DNA of 64,000 nt, taken from positions 2,720,001 to 2,784,000 of the forward strand of contig OY821641.1 in the NCBI GenBank assembly GCA_963555995.3. Direction: 5' to 3'. Source of the DNA: Vicinamibacteria bacterium (GTDB taxonomy: Bacteria; Acidobacteriota; Vicinamibacteria; Marinacidobacterales; Marinacidobacteraceae). The notes below the pieces were generated by a model. That model did not search any database, was not told the DNA's origin, and was given only the letters and a program-made list of their open reading frames with translations. This document shows positions 56,110 to 64,000 of this stretch, piece after piece; position 1 is the first letter of the stretch; each line of letters begins with the position of its first letter. The position numbers and the translations under genes were made by a program.

Positions 56110-57627
56110 TTGTCAGGAATTCCACGCAGGTGGCGCCTCCTCGCCGCGCTGGCCATTGCCGGGGGCGTGGTCCTTCTCCGATCCGGGTCCGAAGACGCGG
56201 AGGAGCCGGACGACGGGGAAGCGGCGCCGGCGAGCATCGTTTCGGACTGCGCGCCGGGGGAAGGACCCGAAGGTGCGCTCTGCGGGGTCCTCGAAGTCCT
56301 GGAGAACCGGGCCGATCCCGAGGGCCGGAAGATCGGCCTGAACATCCTGGTCCTGCCGGCCACCGAACAAGACCCCGAGCCGGACCCCGTGTTCTACCTG
56401 GCCGGCGGTCCGGGGCAGGCAGCCACCGAACTGGCGGCGCTCCTGCGGGGCCTGGCCCCGGACCTGTTCCGCAACCGCGACTCCGTGTTCGTGGACCAGC
56501 GCGGGACCGGAGACTCCAACCCGCTGACCTGCGATTTCCTCGAAGAGCGGACCGGGTACTTCGACGGCATGCCCGAAGAGCTGTCGGAGGACGACTGGCA
56601 GGAGTGTCTGGACTCGCTGGACGCGAGCCCCGGGCACTACACCACGCCGGTCGCCATGGACGACCTGGAGGAGGTGCGGGTCGCCCTGGGGTACGGGCCC
56701 ATCAATCTGTGGGGCGGCTCCTACGGCACCCGGGCCGCCACCGTGTTCCTCCGCCGGCATCCGGACAGCGTCCGGAGCGTCGTCCTCGACGGGGTGGCGC
56801 CGGTGGACATGCGCATCCCGCTCCACTTCCCCGAGGACGGGGAGCGGGCGCTGCACCTGCTCACCGCCGCCTGCGGCGCCGACCCGGCGTGCGACGCCCG
56901 CTTTCCCGGCCTCCGGGACTCCATCGAGACGCTGCTGGCGAGCCTCGACCAGGACCCGCCCCGCGAGTACCGGATCCGCCACCCGCGCACCGGGGACTGG
57001 CAGGAGGTTCCCTTGGGCCGCGAGTTGGTGGCCGGGGTGCTGCGGGCGGTGCTCTACAGCCCGCAGAGCGCCGCGCTCGTGCCGCTGATGGTGGAGAGCG
57101 CCCTCGACGGCGATTTCGGACCCCTGATGGTCTTCGCCGACCCGGTCGCCGGGCCGCAGCTCGCAATCGGCATGTTCCTGTCGGTGCTGTGCGCCGAGGA
57201 CGTCCCCTTCCTGACCCTCGACGAGGCCGCGGACGCCGCCGAGGAGAGTTTCCTCGGCGAACTCATGACCGAGCAGATGCTCGAGGCGTGCGCCGTCTGG
57301 CCACGCGGCGAGCTCCCGGACGGCTATCGCGAACCGGTGCGTTCGGACGCGCCGGTGCTCATCCTGTCGGGGGAGCTGGACCCCGTCACCCCGCCGCGCT
57401 GGGGCGATCACGCGGCGGCAACCCTTCCCAATTCCCGCCACCTGGTCGTTCCGGGGACCGGGCACGGCACCCTCCAGGCCGGCTGCGCGACGCGTCTGAT
57501 CGGCGAGTTCTTCGACAGCGCCGATCCGGCGGGCCTCGATGCATCCTGTCTCTCCGCGGTCGCCCGGCCGCCGTTCTGGCGGTCGGCCACCGGTCCCGTA
57601 GACCCGAAACCGGGCACCGAACAGTGA
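56110..57627 (+). CDS. Exported alpha/beta hydrolase (TAP-like peptidase)
   Basis: LAGGPG, DQRGTG, GGSYG, DPVTP, GH. Confidence 0.88.
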   Translation: MSGIPRRWRLLAALAIAGGVVLLRSGSEDAEEPDDGEAAPASIVSDCAPGEGPEGALCGVLEVLENRADPEGRKIGLNILVLPATEQDPEPDPVFYLAGGPGQAATELAALLRGLAPDLFRNRDSVFVDQRGTGDSNPLTCDFLEERTGYFDGMPEELSEDDWQECLDSLDASPGHYTTPVAMDDLEEVRVALGYGPINLWGGSYGTRAATVFLRRHPDSVRSVVLDGVAPVDMRIPLHFPEDGERALHLLTAACGADPACDARFPGLRDSIETLLASLDQDPPREYRIRHPRTGDWQEVPLGRELVAGVLRAVLYSPQSAALVPLMVESALDGDFGPLMVFADPVAGPQLAIGMFLSVLCAEDVPFLTLDEAADAAEESFLGELMTEQMLEACAVWPRGELPDGYREPVRSDAPVLILSGELDPVTPPRWGDHAAATLPNSRHLVVPGTGHGTLQAGCATRLIGEFFDSADPAGLDASCLSAVARPPFWRSATGPVDPKPGTEQ

Positions 57628-58355
57628 TCCGGGTCTCCGGCCTCCGCAAGACCTTCGGCGAGGTCATCGCCGTGGACGACGTGAGCTTCGCCGCGGAAGA
57701 CGGAGCGATCACCGGGCTCCTCGGCCCGAACGGCGCCGGGAAGTCCACGACGCTGCGGATGCTGTACGGGCTCATGGCGCCGGAAGCGGGCGAGGTCGCG
57801 GTGGACGGGGTCGACGTCCAGCGCCGGACGATGGCGGCGCAGGAGCGGATCGGGGCCCTCCCCGATACCCACGCCCTCTACCCGCGGCTGACCGGCCGCG
57901 AGAACGTCCGCTACTTCGCCCGGCTCCGCGGCATCCCGGCGGCCGTGACGGAAGACCGGCTGGACGAGTTCGTCCGGCTCCTGGACATGGCGGACTTCGT
58001 GGATCGCCGGGCGAAGGGCTATTCCCACGGGGAGCGTTCACGGGTGCTGCTGGCCCGGGCGCTGGTCCATGAACCCCGGAACGTTCTGCTGGACGAGCCG
58101 ACGAACGGCCTCGACGTGATGAGCACCCGGCGGATGCGGGACCTCATCCGGGAACTGCGGGGCCGCGACTGCGCGGTGCTCTTCTCGAGCCACATCATGC
58201 AGGAGGTGTCCCTCCTCTGCGATCACATCGTGATCGTCGCCGCCGGCCGGGTGGTCGCCGCGGGCTCGCCCGACGCGATCCGCGAGGCGGCGGGCTGCGA
58301 GGACCTCGAGGACGCCTTCGTGCGGCTGACGAGTCCGGCGGTATCGGATGCGTAG
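57624..58355 (+). CDS. ABC transporter ATP-binding protein (NatA-like)
   Basis: GTGA overlap; GPNGAGKST, YSHGE, LLDEPTNGLD, SSH. Confidence 0.9.
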   Translation: MIRVSGLRKTFGEVIAVDDVSFAAEDGAITGLLGPNGAGKSTTLRMLYGLMAPEAGEVAVDGVDVQRRTMAAQERIGALPDTHALYPRLTGRENVRYFARLRGIPAAVTEDRLDEFVRLLDMADFVDRRAKGYSHGERSRVLLARALVHEPRNVLLDEPTNGLDVMSTRRMRDLIRELRGRDCAVLFSSHIMQEVSLLCDHIVIVAAGRVVAAGSPDAIREAAGCEDLEDAFVRLTSPAVSDA

Positions 58356-59511
58356 CGCCGGCGTCGTCTTCCGGAAGGAACTCCTCGACGGGTTCCGGGA
58401 CCGGCGCGCCTTCATCGCGGTCCTGGTCTCGATCAGCATCTTTCCCATCGTGATGCTGGTCATGGGCCGCTTCGCCGAGGGCATTCAGGACGAGCTCCGG
58501 AACATGGAGCTCCCCGTCGCCGGGCGGGAGAACGCTCCCGCGCTCGTCGAGTGGCTCGGCCAGCAACCGGGTCTGGAGTTGACCGCCGCTCCCGAGGACC
58601 CGGAGTCCGCGGTGCGCAACCGCGAGGCGGACCTGGTGCTGCGGATCCCGGCGGACTACGAGGAGCGGTTCGCCGAGGGACGGCCGGCGGAAGTGGAACT
58701 GGTCGCCGACAGCTCGCGGACCGCCGGGGGAGCCAAGGCGGGCCGGGTGACGCGGCTCCTCGAGAGCTACGGGCAGGAGGTGGCCGCGCTGCGGCTCGTC
58801 AGCCGCGGGATCAGCCCGATGCTCGTCCGCCCGCTCGCCGTGGAACGCGCGGAGGTCTTCAGTTCCCGGCGGCGCCGGGCGTTTTCCGCTCTCGGCTTCA
58901 TCCCGTTCTTCCTGCTGATGAACGCCTTCTTCGGCGGCATGCAGATCGCCTCGGACGCCATCGCCGGCGAGCGCGAGCGGGGCTCCATCGAGGCGTTGCT
59001 GCTGAACGCGGTCCCCGCGCGGTTCCTCATTCTCGGGAAGTGGGCGGCGGCGGCGGTGTTCGCCGTCTTCCTGACGCTGCTCGGCATCGGGACCTGCGTC
59101 CTGGTCCTGCGGTTCATGCCGGGCGCGCTGAACATCTCGCCGAGCGTCACCGACTGGGTCCTGGTGGCCCTCACCGCAATCCCGCTCGCGCTCTTCTGTT
59201 CGGCGATCCAGGTGGTGCTCTCCACCTACGCCAAGTCCTACAAGGAGGCGCAGACCTACTTCGGGTACGTGGCCTTCCTCCCGATGATCCCCTTCTTCGC
59301 GGTCACCTTCAATTGGGTGGAACAGGGGACCTGGACCGCCTTCATCCCGATCCTGGGCCAGCACTTCATGATCCTGAACGTGATGGCCGGCGAAGCGGTG
59401 GCGGCCTGGGAGCTGGCGCTGGCGGGTCTGATCGCGCTGGGGGCGGCCGCGGCGCTCCTGCGGTTCGCCTCAAGCCTCTTCGTTCGCGAGAGCGTCGTCT
59501 TCGTCCGCTAG
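58348..59511 (+). CDS. ABC transporter permease (NatB-like)
   Basis: FRKELLDGFRDRR, AGERERGSIEALL, AKSYKEAQ. Confidence 0.88.
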   Translation: MRSAGVVFRKELLDGFRDRRAFIAVLVSISIFPIVMLVMGRFAEGIQDELRNMELPVAGRENAPALVEWLGQQPGLELTAAPEDPESAVRNREADLVLRIPADYEERFAEGRPAEVELVADSSRTAGGAKAGRVTRLLESYGQEVAALRLVSRGISPMLVRPLAVERAEVFSSRRRRAFSALGFIPFFLLMNAFFGGMQIASDAIAGERERGSIEALLLNAVPARFLILGKWAAAAVFAVFLTLLGIGTCVLVLRFMPGALNISPSVTDWVLVALTAIPLALFCSAIQVVLSTYAKSYKEAQTYFGYVAFLPMIPFFAVTFNWVEQGTWTAFIPILGQHFMILNVMAGEAVAAWELALAGLIALGAAAALLRFASSLFVRESVVFVR

Positions 59512-59549
59512 GACGGGGGCCGAACCCCGACCGGCCCGATAGCAGGTAC

Positions 59550-59610
59550 GGCTTGGAACGCCGGTCTCCGACCGGCACGCGCGGCGCTCCGCGCCGCGCA
59601 CGGCGCGACG
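59550..59610 (+). repeat. REP-like two-hairpin element
   Basis: GGCTTGGAACGCCGGTCTCCGACCGGCACGCGCGGCGCTCCGCGCCGCGCACG. Confidence 0.9.
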
Positions 59611-59614
59611 CCGC

Positions 59615-60292
59615 TCATTCAATGGGGCGCGTACGGCCGGGACCAACTCCCACCACCGCCAACGCCTGGATCCGGCGGCCTTCGAGCCGGTACTTGCGTT
59701 CGAAGTTGGACCCTGCAAGTTCTCCCTCGTTCGCCGAAGCGGGCGGTTCGTAGCGGCGGCGGACCAGCTTCGGCCGCGCCCCCAGCGCCGCTTCGATCTG
59801 ATCGAAGTAGTCCGGATCGTCGGTCACCACCCGGAGCGGGGCCCCCGCGGCCAGCACCCGCTCGCAGGCGGTGAGGAACTCCGGCTGGATCAGCAGCCGA
59901 CGGTGCGCGTGCCGCCGCTTCGGCCAGGGGTCCGGGAAATACATGTGCAGTCCGGCCACCGACCCATCCGGCATCGCGTCCAGCGCTTCCCGGGCGTCGC
60001 CGCGGACGATCCGGGCATTGGGCCGCTCCCGCCGCCGCAGCCGGTCGGCGGCGTAGAGCCAGTAGCGGCGGGCTCGCTCGACTCCCAGGAACAGGGTGTC
60101 CGGACGGAGCTCCGACTCCGCGACCAGGAACGATCCCTTCCCCGATCCGATCTCCACTTCGAGGGGGGGCGCCTCGCCGGGGGCCCGATCGAACAGCCGC
60201 CGCGGATCGAAAGGCCGTTCCACCGTCTCCAGGTCGAGTCCGTACCCACCCGGATCGGCGTCCCGGCGGGTTCGCACGTGGCTTCGGCCCAT
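59615..60292 (-). CDS. trmB: tRNA (guanine-N7)-methyltransferase
   Basis: EVEIGSGKG, FPDPWPKRRH..RR, TD..Y, SNFERKY. Confidence 0.92.
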   Translation of the reverse strand: MGRSHVRTRRDADPGGYGLDLETVERPFDPRRLFDRAPGEAPPLEVEIGSGKGSFLVAESELRPDTLFLGVERARRYWLYAADRLRRRERPNARIVRGDAREALDAMPDGSVAGLHMYFPDPWPKRRHAHRRLLIQPEFLTACERVLAAGAPLRVVTDDPDYFDQIEAALGARPKLVRRRYEPPASANEGELAGSNFERKYRLEGRRIQALAVVGVGPGRTRPIE

Positions 60293-60319
60293 GGCCGGGG
60301 GTCTTTCCGCGGAATCCCC

Positions 60320-61117
60320 TCAGCGGGCGGGGTCGCTCCGGCGCTGGCTGAAGAGCCACTCGTAGAGCCCCTCCTCGCGATAGGCCGGAATCCAGGAGTT
60401 GTGCCGCACCCCCGGGTACTCCGTGTAACGGGGCCGGGCTCCCGCGGCCTCCAGCGCCGCGACCATGCGCCGGGACTCCTCGGTGGGCACCCGGCGGTCC
60501 TCCGCGCCGTGGAACACCCACACCGGGATATCGGCGATGATCCGCGCGGCCTCGGTCCAGGGATCGTCCGGGTGCGTGGCCGACGGATGCCAGTCGGGCA
60601 CGGGCATCCGCGTCCGCCGCGTGGTGATCCCGCCGCAGACCGGAACCAGCGCCGCGAAGCGCTCCGGATGGCGGTAGGCGAGAGCCCACGTCCCATAGCC
60701 GCCGAGCGACAGCCCGGTCAGGTAGGTGCGCTCCGGGTCGCCGCCGAACTCGGCGACCGCCGCGTCGAGCGCGGCGAGCGCCATCGCCTCGATCTCGGGA
60801 GTCCCCCACCAGGCGCCCCGCGGGGATTGGGGCATCACCACCAGCGCCGGAAAGTCGGACCGCTCGCGGAGCACCGCGGGCAGCCCGATCTCGGTCTGCC
60901 GCACGCCGTCGGTTCCCGTTTGCCCGGCGCCGTGCAGGAAAAGGACGACGGGAGGATTCGTGTCCTCGCCGGACAGCACCGCCGAGGGTACGAAGACCTG
61001 CCACACGTAGGTTCGGCCGTCCAGCTCGGTCGTCCGGGGAAGGACCCGCCCGTACTCGGCGGTGGCCGGGGAACCCGTCAGCAGGGCCAGCGCAAGACCC
61101 AGAAGAACGCCGCGCAT
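60320..61117 (-). CDS. Exported esterase/peptidase (alpha/beta hydrolase)
   Basis: LFLHGAG, TGLSLGG, WVFHGAED, HNSW. Confidence 0.88.
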   Translation of the reverse strand: MRGVLLGLALALLTGSPATAEYGRVLPRTTELDGRTYVWQVFVPSAVLSGEDTNPPVVLFLHGAGQTGTDGVRQTEIGLPAVLRERSDFPALVVMPQSPRGAWWGTPEIEAMALAALDAAVAEFGGDPERTYLTGLSLGGYGTWALAYRHPERFAALVPVCGGITTRRTRMPVPDWHPSATHPDDPWTEAARIIADIPVWVFHGAEDRRVPTEESRRMVAALEAAGARPRYTEYPGVRHNSWIPAYREEGLYEWLFSQRRSDPAR

Positions 61118-61170
61118 CGCGCGGGATGCTACAGCGGGACGGCCCCGGAGCGCGCTCGGTCGCGATGGTC

Positions 61171-61186
61171 TATATCAAGATATACT
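61171..61186 (+). promoter_or_regulatory. Putative vapBC operator palindrome overlapping a -10 box
   Basis: TATATC-AA-GATATA overlapping TATACT, followed by an AGGAGG RBS. Confidence 0.65.
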
Positions 61187-61210
61187 GCACAACATTCGCA
61201 GGAGGAATCC

Positions 61211-61453
61211 ATGGCAGAAGAAGTCGCCTATCGAGGGGTCGCCAAGGTCTTCTGGAACGGCCGCAGCCAGGCGGTGCGCCTGCCCAAAGCGTGTCGTTTC
61301 GAAGCGTCGGAGGTGGAGGTGCTGAAACGCGGCCGGGACGTCATCCTGCGGCCGCGCGGAAAGGACTGGGACGCTTTCTTCGATGCGCCGGGGCGCGGAT
61401 CCCTTCCCGACCGAGACCAGCCCCCTTGGGATGACCGGGACATCATCCTGTGA
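61211..61453 (+). CDS. vapB: AbrB-type VapB antitoxin
   Basis: AKVFWNGRSQAVRLPK..RF; GTGA overlap with the toxin. Confidence 0.92.
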   Translation: MAEEVAYRGVAKVFWNGRSQAVRLPKACRFEASEVEVLKRGRDVILRPRGKDWDAFFDAPGRGSLPDRDQPPWDDRDIIL

Positions 61454-61851
61454 GGTTCTTCCTCGATACCGACACCTGCATTTACGTCATCAATCGGAAG
61501 GAAGGGGTCCGCGAGCGGTTCCGGCAACACGCGGCACACACCGGCATTTCGGCGATTACGTACGCTGAACTCCGTTTCGGAGTAGCGCATTCAACACGCG
61601 TCGCCGAAAACGAACGGCTCGTTCAGGAGTTTCGGGACGATCTCAGCGTTCTTCCGTTTGACGCCGCTGCCGCGCGCCACTACGGCGAGATTCGTCAGGA
61701 ACTCAGCCGCCGCGGCGAGTTGATCGGCCCGCTCGACCTGCTGATCGCGGCGCATGCCCGCAGTCAGGACGCGACGCTGGTGACGAACAATGAACGGGAA
61801 TTCGCGCGCGTACCGGGCCTGCGGATCGAAAACTGGCTGCGGCCGGAATGA
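61450..61851 (+). CDS. vapC: PIN-domain VapC toxin
   Basis: FLDTDTCIY, ELRFG, IGPLDLLIAAHA, LVTNNEREF.RV.GL.IENW. Confidence 0.93.
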   Translation: MRFFLDTDTCIYVINRKEGVRERFRQHAAHTGISAITYAELRFGVAHSTRVAENERLVQEFRDDLSVLPFDAAAARHYGEIRQELSRRGELIGPLDLLIAAHARSQDATLVTNNEREFARVPGLRIENWLRPE

Positions 61852-61905
61852 ACCGGTCGCCGAACGGATCGAAAAAGCAAGACTCACGCGGACAAAGGAG
61901 CGCCC

Positions 61906-62406
61906 ATGACCCTCGCCGAAGCATTCGCAGCCGAATTCCGTGAGGAAGCCGACCGTACCCGCCGGTTCCTCGAGCGGTTCGAGGACGACCGCGCGGAGTG
62001 GCGTCCCCACGAGAAGTCCATGACCATGGGCCGGCTTGCGGCCCACGTCGTGGAGTCCCCTGACTGGTGCGCCACCATTCTCGAAACCGACGACTTCGAC
62101 TTCGCCACCGCCAACTACCAGTCGCCGACGTGGAATACCCGCGCCGAACTCCTCGAAAACCACGAACGGATCGGCGGCGAGTTCCTGCAGAGACTGGAGG
62201 GGCGTTCCGACGAATACCTGGGCGGCCGCTGGCGGATGCTGATGAACGGAGAGTTGCTCGAGGAGAGGACCCGCGAGAACGCGATCCGCGCCTACATCCT
62301 CAGCCACCTGATCCACCACCGCGGCCAGCTCAGCGTGTACTACCGGCTGCTCGGGATCCCGGTGCCGGGTCCCTACGGCCCCTCGGCCGACGACCGCGAC
62401 GGGTAA
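61906..62406 (+). CDS. DinB-family protein
   Basis: WRPHEKSM...LAAH...HLIHHRGQLSVY.RLLG.PVP..YG. Confidence 0.9.
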   Translation: MTLAEAFAAEFREEADRTRRFLERFEDDRAEWRPHEKSMTMGRLAAHVVESPDWCATILETDDFDFATANYQSPTWNTRAELLENHERIGGEFLQRLEGRSDEYLGGRWRMLMNGELLEERTRENAIRAYILSHLIHHRGQLSVYYRLLGIPVPGPYGPSADDRDG

Positions 62407-62520
62407 CGGAGCGGGACCGCCGGCCGCCCGCCGAGAACGCCTTGCGCCCTATACTCCGGGTCACGCGGCATGTGTCCGCGAAGACCTTGAAGAGGTTGCT
62501 GCTGCTCCCCTGGGGTTTCG

Positions 62521-62802
62521 CTGGGTAGCCAGCTCTCCGACGACGAGAAAGTCGTCGTCTCGGTCTTCCTCGTCTTACTCGCCGGATGCATTGCCGGCTT
62601 TTTCTTCGTCGGCGGGGCCATCCTGGACATGAAGGATGAAATCACCGAAGTGAACGAAGCCCTGATCGAGGTGCGGCGCAACATCGCCGACATGCGGCAG
62701 GACATTGCGGAGATGCAGCATGACATTGCGGAGATGCGACAGGACATCGCGGGCATGCGGGGGGCTCTGCATGGTTTCGGGGCGGAGGTGTCCGAGCGAT
62801 AG
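62521..62802 (+). CDS. Small TM plus heptad coiled-coil protein; start unresolved (CTG or frameshift)
   Basis: LGSQLSDDEKVVVSVFLVLLAGCIAGFFFVGGAILDMK...NIADMRQ-DIAEMQH-DIAEMRQ-DIAGMRG; 21-nt repeats. Confidence 0.55.
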   Translation: MGSQLSDDEKVVVSVFLVLLAGCIAGFFFVGGAILDMKDEITEVNEALIEVRRNIADMRQDIAEMQHDIAEMRQDIAGMRGALHGFGAEVSER

Positions 62803-62965
62803 CACGCGATCGAAGTACGGCTGTCGGCTCGAAACGGTGATCCGGACGCGCCACAGCAGCCAGCCAACACCCGCGAACCGAGCGGCCTGGAGGCGCTCGC
62901 GCCGACGTCCCGGCAGCCTCGCGCGCGCAACGCTACCGGGGCTCCTCTGACGGCGAGCCGGCCCC

Positions 62966-64000
62966 TTGCCCGCTGACCGGACCGCCCTCGTCCTCGGCGC
63001 CGGCGTCATCGGCCTGTCCTGCGCCTACTTCCTGCGCCGCGCGGGTTGGGAGGTCACCGTCCTCGACCGGGGCGAGCCCGGCCACGGCTGTTCCCGGAGC
63101 ACCGCCGGACTGCTCTGTCCCGCCCATTCCCAGCCGCTTCCCGGACCCGGGGTGCTCGGCAAGGCGCTCCGCTGGATGCTCCGGGAGGACAGCCCGTTCC
63201 ACATCCGCTTCCGGCTCGATCCGGCGCTGCCCGGATGGCTCCTCGGGTTCGCCCGGGCCTGCACCCTCGCCCGCTCCCGCGAGAGCTTCCGGGCCATCCG
63301 CTCGGTGTCCTCGCTGAGCCTCCGGCTCTTCGAGGAGGTCCGCGAACGCGGCGACGCCGACTTCTACTTCGAGCGGCGCGGGGGCTACTGGGCCTTCGTG
63401 ACCGAGGCGGGGGTGGCGCACGCCCGCGAGGAGGCCGAGGAACTGCGGCGGAACGGTTTTCCGGTGGACTTCCTCGGGGGTGACGCCGCCCGCGAGCGGG
63501 AACCCGCGCTCTCCGCCGCCGTGCGGGCCGCGATCTTCCTCCACGGCGACGCCCACGGATCGAGCCTCGGTTTCGCGGAGGCACTTGCCGCCACGCTGAA
63601 ACGGCAGGGGGTCCGGGTGGAGACGGGCGTGCGGGCGCTGCGGCTACTCCGGGAGGGGAACCGCATCCGCGGCGCGGAGGTCCAGACCCGCGACGGAGTC
63701 CGGGAGGAGCGCACCGCCGACGAGACGATCGTGGCGCTCGGCGCCCACTCCCCCCTGCTCGCCCGCACTGCGGGGGTCCGGTTGCCCATCCAGCCCGCGA
63801 AGGGATACAGCGCCACGGTCCGGACGTTCACGGGGGTCCCTTCGATCCCCGTCACGGTGGCCGAACGCAAGGTCATCATCACCCCGCTCCAGGACGTCGT
63901 GCGTTTCGCGGGCACGCTCGAACTCGCCGGGTACGACCCGAGCCTCAACGAACGGCGTTACCGCGCGGTCATCGCAGGCGGACAGGCGGGACTCGCGGCC
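62966..64000 (+). CDS. FAD-dependent D-amino acid dehydrogenase (DadA-like), runs off window end
   Basis: TTG start; ALVLGAGVIGLSCAYFL...VTVLDRG, PIQPAKGYS, RFAGTLEL. Confidence 0.88.
   Translation, partial: MPADRTALVLGAGVIGLSCAYFLRRAGWEVTVLDRGEPGHGCSRSTAGLLCPAHSQPLPGPGVLGKALRWMLREDSPFHIRFRLDPALPGWLLGFARACTLARSRESFRAIRSVSSLSLRLFEEVRERGDADFYFERRGGYWAFVTEAGVAHAREEAEELRRNGFPVDFLGGDAAREREPALSAAVRAAIFLHGDAHGSSLGFAEALAATLKRQGVRVETGVRALRLLREGNRIRGAEVQTRDGVREERTADETIVALGAHSPLLARTAGVRLPIQPAKGYSATVRTFTGVPSIPVTVAERKVIITPLQDVVRFAGTLELAGYDPSLNERRYRAVIAGGQAGLAA

Overview
High-GC bacterial chromosomal segment, probably Acidobacteriota (it has an ADOP-type duplicated orphan permease, futalosine-pathway mqnD and gatB). 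Coding content is mostly housekeeping: a topo IV-like parC/parE pair, rplU-rpmA-obgE-nadD-rsfS-lapB-comF, a divergent rho, hisS, acnA, coaX, mqnD, gatB, accD-folC-proS and trmB, plus peptidases, transporters and a vapBC pair. I found no rRNA, tRNA, CRISPR array, transposase or integrase. The unusual signal is intergenic. (1) About 20 two-hairpin REP-like elements; one subtype sits at the junction of 43-75 bp duplications of host gene ends and creates two translationally coupled copies of the proS N-terminus. (2) Nine copies or derivatives of a ~185 bp MITE whose ends co-vary or are completely exchanged around a constant core, and whose termini complete extended -10 motifs or stop codons. (3) One 19-nt micro-insert found inside both repeat families. 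Several genes also appear to need CTG starts, and an S1/P1-nuclease homologue has lost most of its zinc ligands. All family calls come from motif recognition; no database search was run.
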